A DNA stretch of 64,000 nt, taken from the NCBI GenBank assembly GCA_000004985.1, contig GG738922.1; one strand, written 5' to 3'. How positions within the stretch are numbered: position 1 is the stretch's first letter; every line of letters starts with the position of its first letter. A program made the translations under genes and the position numbers. Below the pieces are notes generated by a model. It searched no databases, was not told the origin of the DNA, and saw only the letters and a program-made list of their open reading frames with translations. Of this stretch, positions 21,941 to 32,700 are shown in pieces. Origin of the DNA: Naegleria gruberi. Its lineage: Eukaryota.

Positions 21941-22829
21941 CTATAGTCCTTTACTTGTTTCGATGTAAATGTCTCCTCTCCAAACATGTTTACCAAATAC
22001 ATTACTTTCCAAAGTTTTAAATAGTGTAATAGTTTTGCGTAATAGGATTGATTCAATATCTATATCCATTTCCTGAGCTGCCTCTTCGCATTTTTCATCC
22101 ACAAGTGCACCATTATAAAGTAAACATTCAATTATCTCAATATAATTTCCCATAATTGCAGCGTAGAGAGGAGAAACCTCCCCTTCATTGACACTAATAT
22201 TTCTGAATTGCAATAATAATTTGACAATTTCCAAATATCCTCTTTTGCATGCTGCATAAAGTGGCGTAGTTAAATAAGGATAATCACTACTATCGTGCTC
22301 TAAAGTACTATAAACATATTCATTATTCGTTGGTTCCTGACACAATGAAAAAATTACTAAAAAGGAACTATCCACTTACATCATAATTGAAAATAGCTCT
22401 GTTAACTTCAATATCCTCAAATTTCAATAACCATTTAACCATTTCATAATCACCTATTTTACAAGCATAATACAGTGGAAAATCTTGTTTATCATAATGT
22501 TGAAATGAAGTACTCATTAGATAACAACCATCATTAACATTTATGCCATCAATTGTTAATAATAACTTTACAATATCTCTAAAACCCCGCGTATAGGCAG
22601 CAAATAGATTTGAACAATAATCTGTATAGCAGTGCACTCCCTTGTTGATATTGACTCGTCGTCCCGTAGCTAATAATAATTCAACAATTGCAATATTTCC
22701 GAGTTTACAAGCAGCATATAATGGAGAGGAATAGGAATATTGATCATTAATATCAACTACTTCATCACCTGATAATATTAATTGAACTTGCGAAACATCA
22801 CCATTCATACAGGCTTTGTTGAGAGACAT
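21941..22829 (-). CDS. Ankyrin-repeat protein, 2 exons: join(complement 22380..22829, 21941..22336)
   Basis: ORFs 22368..22871 and 21941..22375 both encode ANK repeats ('PLYAACKLGNIAIVELLL', 'PLYAACKRGYLEIVKLLL'). They join in frame (phase 0) by removing a 43-nt intron 22337..22379 (GTAAGTGG...TGTGTCAG on the minus strand). The first ATG is 22829. Confidence 0.65.
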
Positions 22830-23002
22830 TTTTTTAATTAGTAATTTTACTGCAAATTTGAGACTTAACACTCGATAACTGAACCTTTAGTTTGGGTTTT
22901 TTGTACTTGTGGCACTAACAAGTTCAGCATTGACTGGTTTTGTTTTGCTTGAACTTAACATACATTAATTTATTAAGAACTAATAGAATTACTGAATAAG
23001 AT

Positions 23003-23075
23003 GCCGACATAGCTCAGTTGGGAGAGCGTAAGACTGAAGATCTTAAGGTCCCTGGTTCGATCCCTGGTGTCGGCA
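23003..23075 (+). tRNA. tRNA-Phe (anticodon GAA)
   Basis: GCCGACATAGCTCAGTTGGGAGAGCGTAAGACTGAAGATCTTAAGGTCCCTGGTTCGATCCCTGGTGTCGGCA, 73 nt, classic Phe cloverleaf. Confidence 0.9.
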
Positions 23076-23169
23076 AATTTTAGTGTCTTTGATAACAGGA
23101 TTCAATTTGCAATAAATCAAATCTGAAATGAAAAGTTGAATATTTATTAATTTTTAAAAAAATAGCACG

Positions 23170-24075
23170 ATGAGTCCTTGCTTGTTAACCGATAACGAAT
23201 TGATGTGTTCCGATACATTGATGCACTCATTTCTATTTCTTGATTTATCAACCATGATTGCTTCATGCTCTCTAGTTTCCAAACAATTCAATCGAGTGGC
23301 AAAGAGCAATCCAATATGGCAAATATTATATGACAAGTGGATGTTTGATAATATGAATGAATTTTACTGGACTTTTAATCATGAGGAATTTATTAATTGT
23401 TTTAAATTATCAAGTGATCAGGAAAATCGGGAAAATCTAGAAGATTGGACTGAACCAAATGACATGGGCCCTTTTTATTGGTTTCGTAAATGTATGGAAA
23501 TATTAGAATGTTTGCCAAGATTGGATTTGAAAGATGAGGAAGGTGAATATGAAACATTTTACTACCAACTGAATAATCGTAATGCAGCAACTGAATCCCA
23601 CTTAAAGTTGGCTACCATTTTGGCAATAATTTATGGTGACTATTCTTTTTCACTTCTTTCAGATTCTGTTGTGATTGCATTGAGAGGTTATTTGACAGAG
23701 AGTGAACAGGAGATTGTTTGTCCTCTTGCGACCTTTTGCATTATGATTTTGAAATCGTCCTATCTGGATTGCTTGGAACTACGAGAAACAGAGAATACTA
23801 ATCTTTGTGTGGCTCCATTTGTGAGTGGAATGTGGATGAATGGATTGATTGATGTTAAGGAATGTTGTTTCTTCAATGTTATGGACGCATGTGGCTATTA
23901 TAATCCATTAAATGGAGAGCTTTCCTATACAAATGAATCAGATGAAGGAGGATTTTCATGGTGTCCCAGATTCTTCAATGCAGGTGGTAGATATTATATC
24001 AACACGATTTGTGCATCCAATATTGGACCTAGTTCTATTAAAGTGGAGAAATCAGAACGTTTCGACTATTACTAG
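23170..24075 (+). CDS. F-box domain protein
   Basis: N-terminal 'LMHSFLFLDLSTMIASCSLVSKQFNRVAKSNPIWQILYDKW' F-box-like motif. Confidence 0.6.
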   Translation: MSPCLLTDNELMCSDTLMHSFLFLDLSTMIASCSLVSKQFNRVAKSNPIWQILYDKWMFDNMNEFYWTFNHEEFINCFKLSSDQENRENLEDWTEPNDMGPFYWFRKCMEILECLPRLDLKDEEGEYETFYYQLNNRNAATESHLKLATILAIIYGDYSFSLLSDSVVIALRGYLTESEQEIVCPLATFCIMILKSSYLDCLELRETENTNLCVAPFVSGMWMNGLIDVKECCFFNVMDACGYYNPLNGELSYTNESDEGGFSWCPRFFNAGGRYYINTICASNIGPSSIKVEKSERFDYY

Positions 24076-24333
24076 ATATGGATGCACCAATATTTGAAGA
24101 TCTTTGAAAATTGAGTTCTGCATCAAGTAACAGATCCTTTCATTAGATTAAATTCACATTTATTTGAAAAATTAGTTTACAATGAACTTTAGGAGAGAAC
24201 TCTATCGGAAGAATTTGTCATCATTACCGATAATAGAACGATACGATTCGAGTCGAATATTAAAAATTTATGTAATTTTGAATTAATTTCCAAGCAATTA
24301 AAGGTTCGGGAATATTTGGAGAAGTATTGGAAG

Positions 24334-25198
24334 ATGGTCTTGTATCAATTTATTCATATTAGATTGGAAATTAATGAGGATGGAAAGGAGATGATTCAAC
24401 CAATCAATCCTTGGGATGTTTGGAAGAAAAAGGATCAAACATTACAGGAATTTGTGGAGAGGAAGAGGTCGTTTAAGAGAAGTTTTGCAATTTTGAATGA
24501 AATGGAAAGGAGAAACTATTTGAATACCAATAAGGCTAATTTTAAACTTTGCATAACTGGACCTGGTGGATCAGGAATTCATAGTTTCATTCATAGATAT
24601 TTAAATGATGTATTTTATGATCAATATGATTATTCAATAGATGACATATTTTACAAAACTATCCTATTTAATGAGAGAAAAGTTGAATTAGAAATTTGGG
24701 AGACTGGTTTTAGGAGTTCTGATTATTACTTGTTCCTGGAATGTAAGTTTCTATAATGTTGTGCAGTATTTACATGAATTAGCAAAACTAAAAGGAGCAA
24801 GGGGATATATTGTGCTTTTACCGATACATGCAGATGTTGACAAGTATGGGGTTTTTGAAAGAATTATTAAATCTATTGTATACATGCATGATGACGAATC
24901 AGTACCTTTATTAATAGGTATCACTCAAATTGATAAGTTGGAGACCAATAGCTCACTAAATTTGGATCAAGTTAAACAAAAAGTTACTGATATAATGAAT
25001 ATGTACTCGTGTTTGGATTTTGAAATTATTGAAACAAGTTCCAAGAGTAATATTAATATTCGTACAGTCATAGAAAAAGCCCTTCTAAAAGGATATTTCT
25101 TCGAAGGATCCAAATATTGCAATAGAAGATTATTATTGGAGAGGGTTATTAAATTAGATACCAAAGTATTCAATTCAAAAAAATGTTTAATTTCGTGA
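24334..25198 (+). CDS. Degenerate Ras/Rab-like small GTPase (pseudo-GTPase); proposed join(24334..24742,24783..25198)
   Basis: P-loop-like 'GPGGSGIHSF', switch-II-like 'WETGFRS', 'ARGYIVLL' and NKxD-like 'TQID'. The two ORFs (24316..24756, 24761..25198) are bridged in phase by a 40-nt GTAAGT...TTAG intron 24743..24782. Confidence 0.45.
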
Positions 25199-25245
25199 TT
25201 ATACTCCAATACCAGCTCTATAATTATTAATTCAGACTGTTGTTT

Positions 25246-26499
25246 CTAAAATTGAATTGAAATATCAGAAAAATAAATGTCACCCAACTTATTTCTGAAT
25301 GCATAGGATGGCACACTGTAATCCAATTTCAAGATAAACAAGACATCATTGTTGGTAATATATACTATTTGATTTTCGTCCTTTCTTGTCTTGAAGAAGG
25401 CCATGAATGGAGGAAATAATTTGTGATGTTTCATTATAATTGCAGATTTCGAACATTTCAATAATTTTGTCTTTCTATCAACAATATTGCACTTGTAAAA
25501 CGAACCAGATGTGGAAACTAATAGTTGTTGCTTTGATTTGAATTCCCTCAAATGAGGTGGAATTTCCAAAATGTATGAATTTTCTGGATATTCAAATTGA
25601 ATAAACTGTCTCTTGTCAATATTTTCTGCAAAATCCATAATGTGAATCTTTTGACAATCGTAAAATGTCGAACCATAAAGAGCTACCTTATTTCCATCTG
25701 AAATAGGAGCTGCCATTTTTGACTGAATCTCACTATTTTCCACTAGAATAGGTTCCTCAATACTGATCAAGCCCACTCTCACCTCTTCATCCATGAACAT
25801 ATTTTCCAAATCTCTAAAACTGCACAATGAAATATAGAATGGTCCATAGTATTGAGAGGCAGAATGGCAAATTAGAAATTGATCATCATTTTGAGAAATT
25901 GCAAATTTCACTTGATCGTAATGATGATTGATGGAAACATCTTTCATTTTCCAAGAAAGAGTTTTTAAACTTAGACTGGCAACCCATGATTTGGACCATC
26001 CTCTTCCAAAAACATAGATTGCTTGGTTTCGTTTAGAATAGATCATATTTCCAAATATGCATGTGAAATTTTCCTTCTCAAAAACTTGATTATTTGTTGT
26101 CTGAATCGGTTTCCAATCATATTCAAAACTTGTATCTAATCCTCCATCTTTTGAATATTTGGTGGCAGGATCCAAGTCAAGCATTAACAATGTTTTCTGA
26201 TATCCCAATTCGAAACTCGATCCACCAAACGAAACTAATGTAGGACTCTTTGTAAGAATGTTTTCTCTGTCCAATAACGTCAAAACTGTCAAATTTCTAT
26301 TCAATCCGTAATGAATATATGGAACTAGGAGCATATCATTGGCAAGACTCATCAACGGAGGTTTTGGAATGAAAGGATTATTATACGAATCTTGATCCGA
26401 TTGTTGCGAAGATTCAACAGGAGCCAATTCGAATCTTTTCTTTCGTTTACGTTGTTCAGACAATGTGATAGAGGCCTGTGGGGGAGGTGGTGGAATCAT
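25246..26499 (-). CDS. Hypothetical protein (Pro-rich N-terminus MIPPPPP)
   Basis: The 423-codon ORF starts at TTG; the first ATG is 26499. Confidence 0.5.
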   Translation of the reverse strand: MIPPPPPQASITLSEQRKRKKRFELAPVESSQQSDQDSYNNPFIPKPPLMSLANDMLLVPYIHYGLNRNLTVLTLLDRENILTKSPTLVSFGGSSFELGYQKTLLMLDLDPATKYSKDGGLDTSFEYDWKPIQTTNNQVFEKENFTCIFGNMIYSKRNQAIYVFGRGWSKSWVASLSLKTLSWKMKDVSINHHYDQVKFAISQNDDQFLICHSASQYYGPFYISLCSFRDLENMFMDEEVRVGLISIEEPILVENSEIQSKMAAPISDGNKVALYGSTFYDCQKIHIMDFAENIDKRQFIQFEYPENSYILEIPPHLREFKSKQQLLVSTSGSFYKCNIVDRKTKLLKCSKSAIIMKHHKLFPPFMAFFKTRKDENQIVYITNNDVLFILKLDYSVPSYAFRNKLGDIYFSDISIQF

Positions 26500-26618
26500 T
26501 TTTTTTAATATTTTCAAAGTTCTTTAGTTCATTTACTTTCAATGGTTGACTTTTGACGTGTGTTTTATTACAAATTTAATGGCCAAACATTTACAAAGAA
26601 ACCTGTGGGATGCATCAA

Positions 26619-27668
26619 TTAATCACTAGTCGATGCACTTGCAACAATGAAAACTTCCTTATCATAATTATAACTAGTCATTGCATGACAGCCCCAAAAT
26701 TCCATTCCTGTACACCAATATCTCGACCATGTTTCATCACCATTTTGTAAGTAATGATTCCATGAATAGTGTTCTGAATTATTTCCATACAAGTATTCTA
26801 TTAAATTTTGAGTTTCTTTGGATGCATCTTGCATTCCATAAGGTGGTGATGAACAATCTTTGAAAATGTTTTCCCATCCTTCTTCTGGTTCAGCATTTTG
26901 TAAAGTTTCATTAAATGAAATTACAATTTCATTGTTGAATGATAATGAAACATATTTTGGCAATTTCCGATTTGAAGTTAGTTGTTTAAAGTTATTTAAC
27001 ATGGATAGAAATGCATTTCCAATATTCATCCTTTTTGAATGTCTAAAATCAGAAATTTTGTAAACAATTGTTGATTTCCAATCGAAAGAAACCTCTGATT
27101 TGGAAAGTAAAATCAAAACTTGACTAGCATCATAATAATTATATGGATTACCAAGTTGTGAACAGACGTGTTTCATTAGCATGAATTTGTGTAAGGAAAT
27201 TATCAAATTTTCCTTCACAATTCCTTTCTCATTATTACAATGATAGAATTTCAATAATTTTTTCAATAGCTCACATGGAGAATAAAGTGAAATTCCAACA
27301 ACACCTCCCTTTTCAGAATATTTAGTATAATCTTCATGAATAAATTCCTCCTCACTCAATAATTTCAATACAAAATCCTTCATTAATGCTTTACAATGAG
27401 TCTCATTATTTTTTGAACAATTGTCGTAAATTAGTGAATTGAATAATTCATCATCACCAGCACGATCGGAAGGAAAATTCAATAAATTATTTAAAAATTG
27501 TTTAAAGTGATAAGAAAATAATAATTTATCCAATTTTGGATTTGTTACTAGTTCATTAAAGGTTCTACACGTCAACGGAATGGAATTTAGCAATGATCTT
27601 AAATCTAGATATGAAAATATAAGAATAAATAGGTCGGCATTCAAGTTGTTATAAAGCGATGGCGACAT
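26619..27668 (-). CDS. F-box domain protein
   Basis: 'LNADLFILIFSYLDLRSLLNSIPLTCRTFNELV' F-box at the N-terminus. Confidence 0.6.
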   Translation of the reverse strand: MSPSLYNNLNADLFILIFSYLDLRSLLNSIPLTCRTFNELVTNPKLDKLLFSYHFKQFLNNLLNFPSDRAGDDELFNSLIYDNCSKNNETHCKALMKDFVLKLLSEEEFIHEDYTKYSEKGGVVGISLYSPCELLKKLLKFYHCNNEKGIVKENLIISLHKFMLMKHVCSQLGNPYNYYDASQVLILLSKSEVSFDWKSTIVYKISDFRHSKRMNIGNAFLSMLNNFKQLTSNRKLPKYVSLSFNNEIVISFNETLQNAEPEEGWENIFKDCSSPPYGMQDASKETQNLIEYLYGNNSEHYSWNHYLQNGDETWSRYWCTGMEFWGCHAMTSYNYDKEVFIVASASTSD

Positions 27669-27732
27669 TTTTTTAAAGATCAGATTTGTTCTGAAAATGC
27701 ACGAATAAAAATTTCATGGCTCGCCACGTTTA

Positions 27733-27803
27733 CCGTCTCGGGAGGAATCGAACCTCCGTCAATGGATTCAAAGTCCACTATGCTACCATTACACCACGAG
27801 ACG
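27733..27803 (-). tRNA. tRNA-Gln (anticodon TTG)
   Basis: Minus-strand CGTCTCGTGGTGTAATGGTAGCATAGTGGACTTTGAATCCATTGACGGAGGTTCGATTCCTCCCGAGACGG: perfect 7-bp acceptor stem, TTG anticodon loop CTTTGAA, T-loop TTCGATT. Confidence 0.8.
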
Positions 27804-27906
27804 AGCTCATTGATCTGAAATTGTATGTTATGAAAAATACTTTACCATAGCTGGAATAAAAATATATTTGTTTGTTTTCTCTTTTATCTTGTTTCAATAT
27901 GATTTG

Positions 27907-29240
27907 TTACCACTCAAGAGAAAGGTCAATCAACTGTGGCATACTTTCGAATAATTGATAATCATCTTCTATTAGCTGATTATCCCTAATTTCAAGCGTT
28001 GCTAAATGACTCAAATTAGCAGAGCATAATGATTTGACACCCTCAACTCCAATATTATTCTCTTCCAAATGCAAACTAGTCAATGATTTCAATTCACACA
28101 AATACTTTACACCCTCATCTCCAATATCATTTTCATTAATCCACAACTCTTTCAACTGCTTCATTCCACTAACAATCTTACAACCTTCAACACCAAATAA
28201 ATTAGTATTGACGTTGAGCTTTGTTAATTGTTTCAATTCTGTTAAGTATGAAAGCCCTTCAATATCTAAATAAATTTCGTATACTTCAAGTGCCGTCAAC
28301 TGTTTCATTTCAGATAAATACTTTGCACCTTCGTTTCTAATATCATTATACGATATATTGAGATACGTCAATTTAGGTAACTCGTTAGAAATCAATTCTG
28401 CACTTTTTTTTGTTATTCCAGTATTCCGCAAGTCAAGATGGGTTAACTGTTTCATTTTACATAAATGAACTAAGCCTTCATCAGTAATTATATTATTACT
28501 AATGCACAACAATGTTAAATTTTTCAATTTGGTTAGTGAGATACCACCTTCAACTGTCAAATTGTTGTTTTGTATGTGTAATTCTCTTAAATTATCCAAT
28601 TCACTAATAATTTTAGCTCCTTCATTTCCAATTTAATTGTAACCAACTTCGAGTGTTGTTAATTTTTTCAAATTTCCTAAATATCTAGCTCCTTCAAGAC
28701 CTATATCAGGGCCATGGAATACATAGTGCTCATTATAATGCAAATCTAGAAACGCTAATGTATCTTACTCCTTCACCTCGAATATTATTCCCAGAAATAT
28801 CAAGATAGGTCAATTGATCCATTTTCCCAATAAATACAGCTCCTTCAGCTCCAATATTATTGAAATCAATATCAAGCTTGGTTAAATGTTTCAATTGACT
28901 AATGAATCTAGCACCTGCAGTACCAATTTCACTACTTGTAATATCCAAACTTTTCAACTGTTCAAATTGAGTAATATTTGTTAATTCCGTAATATTCTTA
29001 TAATCAATTTTCAAATCTACGACACAATTCTTAAATTTACTCTTGCTCATCAAGTGCAATTTTTGATCATTGAATTGTATTTTGTTAAAATCGATTGATA
29101 ATTTTATCATGTCAATAATCAATTCGTTCCACTCCTTGGAAATTAATGAACATTTAGAAATAATGATATGTGAATCGAGGAAGGACATGATTTCACATAC
29201 ATATCATTTGGCAATCGGAGAGGTGGTAGTGTATTCATCA
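27907..29240 (-). pseudogene. F-box / RNI-type LRR gene with three coding lesions
   Basis: The LRR units follow 'NxIGxEGxKYLSEMKQLTxLxI'. They are intact in ORF 27907..28599 and ORF 28733..29188, but the linking 130 nt needs a frameshift after 'GEGVRYIS' plus an in-frame TAA (GYN*IGNEG, about 28636-28638). An upstream ATG at 29240 encodes an F-box, 'LPND|YVCEIMSFLDSHIIISKCSLISKEWNELI', only across a -1 frameshift near 29195-29205. Confidence 0.5.
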
Positions 29241-29729
29241 TTATTTTTTTTAAATTTTTAAAAATTATAATTTTTTAAAAAATACTGGATTAAATTCTTC
29301 CTCCGATTCAATATGATGTTGAGACAAATGAGGTGATGAACCTCCATTCACCTGTTAGTTATTGTAAGGAATGAGGTTGCGGACTAGATTCTTGTAGAGA
29401 TGAGGTGCTGTCATCATTGAATTGTTTATGGATAAATACCATCAAAATCTTTTAGCCTGATTCCTGGCCAATTTTGTGGTTTCTGTACGGATTCGGAAGT
29501 AGCTGTTGTTGATAAAGTTGTCTCCCATTTTCCAGCTCTACAAGGCAACTTGCATTTTCTGAACACGTTTGGGGTAATTACCAATCTACTAATTGCTAAT
29601 GTGCCAAAGACTTTAGGCTAATTGAGAGGACTATTTATTTTGTTGGCTTGGACCACACGATAATGTGTATGAATCACTCACTTTGTGTGTTGTAAATAAT
29701 GAAAAAACAAACAAATTTACTTTATAGAA

Positions 29730-32700
29730 ATGTCAAACAAGTTTATAAGAGATTGGTTGGCTTGTGTGGTGATTCTATTCCTTCTTTGTTCTGTTTCAAA
29801 TGCTGGTAGCTTGGCAATTGTTTGTATTCCTGGCGAGTACATTAGTGGTAGTGCTTGTCTAGATTGTCCAGGAGGCACCTATTCAAGTGGCATGACGACA
29901 TCTTGCTCTGATTGTTCAGCTGGTTATTATTCTGAAGTAGGCTCAACAAGTTCTGACTGCTCTATATGTGCTGCTGGAACTTACTCAAATAATAGAGCCT
30001 CAAGTTGTACTAACTGTGCAGGTGGAACATATTCAGCTGGTGGAGCTTCGAGTTGTACCAGTTGCTCAGCAGGTTATTATTCAAGTGCTGGCTCGTCATC
30101 ATGTTATCAATGTGGAGCTGGAACTTATTCAACTGGTGGAGCTTCAAGTTGTACTAACTGTGCAGCTGGTTATTATTCATCGACTGTTGGAGCAACAAGT
30201 TCCTCAGTTTGTTTGATGTGCAGTGCAGGAACATATTCCACAATATCAGTTGCTGGTGGAGCTTCGAGTTGTACTAGTTGCTCAGCTGGTTACTATTCAA
30301 GTGCTGGAGCATCATCATGTTCTCAATGTGGAGCTGGTACTTATTCAGCTGTTAGCTCATCAAGTTGTACCAATTGTGCAGCTGGTTCATATTCAAGTGC
30401 TGGCTCATCCAGCTGTACTAGTTGTTCAGCTGGTTATCGTTCAAGTGCTGGGTCTTCTTCTTGCTCCCAATGTGGTGCTGGTACTTACTCAGCTGGTGGA
30501 GCTTCGAGTTGTACCAGTTGTTCAGCAGGTTATTATTCAAGTGCTGGCTCGTCATCATGTTCTCAATGTGGAGCTGGAACATACTCAGCTGGTGGAGCTT
30601 CAAGTTGCACTAATTGTGGAGCAGGTACTTATTCTTCGACAGTTGGAGGAACAAGCTCCTCAGTTTGCTTAAATTGTGTAGCTGGTACTTATTCCACAAT
30701 TTCAGGAGCAACTAGTGCCACAGTGTGTCAAAATTGTAATGCAGGAAGTTTTTCAACTGGTGGCTCATCCAGTTGTACCAATTGTGCAGCAGGTTATTAT
30801 TCAGCTTCAGGTTCCTCATCATGTTCTCAATGTGGAGCTGGAACATATTCAACTGGTGGTTCATCAAGTTGTGCAAGTTGTGCAGCTGGTTCATATTCAA
30901 GTGCTGGTTCTTCCAGCTGCACTAGTTGTTCAGCAGGTTACTATTCAAATCCTGGTTCGTCATCATGTTCCCAATGTGGAGCTGGTACTTATTCAAGTAC
31001 TGGCTCATCTAGTTGTACTAGTTGCTCAGCAGGTTATTATTCAAACTCAGGTTCTTCATCATGTTCTCAATGCGGAGCTGGAACATATTCGACTGGAGGG
31101 TCCTCAGGTTGTACCAGTTGCTCTGCAGGTTATTATTCAAGCGCTGGTTCTTCTTCTTGCTCTCAATGTGGAGCTGGTACTTATTCAACTGGTGGAGCTT
31201 CCAGCTGTACTAGTTGCTTAGCTGGTTATTATTCAAGTGCTGGCTCTTCCTCTTGCTCCCAATGTGGAGCTGGAACTTACTCAACTGGTGGCTCATCCAG
31301 TTGCACTAATTGTGGAGCAGGTACTTATTCATCAACACCTGGCGCCACAAACGCTGGAGTTTGCTTGACATGTTCTGCTGGTTACTATTCAAGCGTTGGT
31401 GCCTCGTCTTGCTCTAAATGTTCTGCTGGTACTTATTCAAGTAGTGGCTCATCAAGTTGTACTAATTGTGCAGCTGGATATTATTCAACCTCAGGTTCTT
31501 CATCATGTTCTCAATGTGGGGCAGGAACATATTCGACTGGAGGGTCCTCAAGTTGTACCAGTTGCTCAGCTGGTTATTATTCAAGTGCTGGCTCGTCATC
31601 ATGTTCTCAATGTGGAGCTGGTACTTATTCAAGTACTGGCTCATCTAGTTGTACTAGTTGCTCAGCAGGTTATTATTCAACTTCAGGTTCTTCATCATGT
31701 TCTCAATGCGGAGCTGGAACATATTCGACTGGAGGGTCCTCGAGTTGTACCATTTGCTCAGCTGGTTATCGTTCAAGTGCTGGGTCTTCTTCTTGCTCTC
31801 AATGTGGAGCTGGAACATTTTCGACTGGTGGCTCTTCAAGTTGTGCAAATTGTACAGCTGGTTCATATTCAAGTGTGGGCTCTTCCAACTGTACTAGCTG
31901 CTTAGCAGGTTATTATTCAAGCACTGGTTCGTCATCATGTTCTCAATGTGGAGCTGGTACTTATTCAACTAGTGCCTCATCAAACTGTTCCAGTTGTGGA
32001 GCTGGTTCATATTCGAGTGCTGGAGCATCATCATGTTCTCAATGTGGAGCTGGAACATACTCAGCTGGTGGAGCTTCAAGTTGCACTAATTGTGGAGCAG
32101 GTACTTATTCTTCGACAGTTGGAGGAACAAATTCCTCAGTTTGCTTGAATTGTGTAGCTGGTACTTATTCATTCGAGACAGGAGCTGCAAGTGCTAATGT
32201 TTGCCAAAGTTGTAGAGCTGGAACTTATTCGTCGATGGGCTCTTCTAATTGCACCAATTGCACACCTGGTTTCTATTCAACCACTGTAAATGCAACCAGT
32301 TCAGCTACCTGCATACCTTGTTCTGCAGGTACCTTTAGTAATTCAACTGGTGCATCTTATTGCTTTCAATGTCCTGAAGGTACTAACAGTGCTTCAGGAT
32401 CTTCTTTATGCAACTCATTTTCTTGTTTCCAATATAATAATTGCTCTGGAAACGGTGTTTGTGTTTCGAATAACACTTGCTCCTGTTTTGAAGGATTTGA
32501 CGGATTGAATTGCAATATCTCTCTACCGTTCTCGATTAATCTTAACTCCTCATATGTTACCTTATCCACTACAAAAATATTCACAGTACTAGTTGTTGGA
32601 AATTATTCAGATATTATCAGATATGATGTCTTTTGTATGAATTGTTCTTTTCTCAATTTCACAACATCGAATAATTTGATAACTATTGACATGACTGGAC

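Noticed and set aside
24743-24766. A 24-nt GTAAGT...GCAG candidate intron in the GTPase gene
   Set aside because: It is too short and gives the wrong phase (an immediate stop). The 40-nt alternative ending at TTAG (24782) restores the frame and matches other intron sizes.
28600-28740. Attempt to rescue the LRR gene with a short intron instead of calling a pseudogene
   Set aside because: No GT...AG pair in the interval gives a compatible phase. The candidate 22-23-nt introns are too short, and an in-frame TAA remains downstream.
29968-31905. Multiple 60-170-codon ORFs in alternative frames and on the opposite strand inside the large receptor gene (for example 30223..30672, 30715..31221, 31396..31905, 30418..30603)
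   Set aside because: They are periodic shadows of the in-frame tandem repeat. They have low-complexity V/Q/L composition, no independent starts or stops context, and lie wholly inside a strongly supported CDS.
29830-32330. Regularly spaced direct repeats that could superficially resemble a CRISPR array
   Set aside because: The repeats are contiguous with no unique spacers, are in frame within a eukaryotic protein-coding gene, and the locus is eukaryotic with introns and F-box genes.
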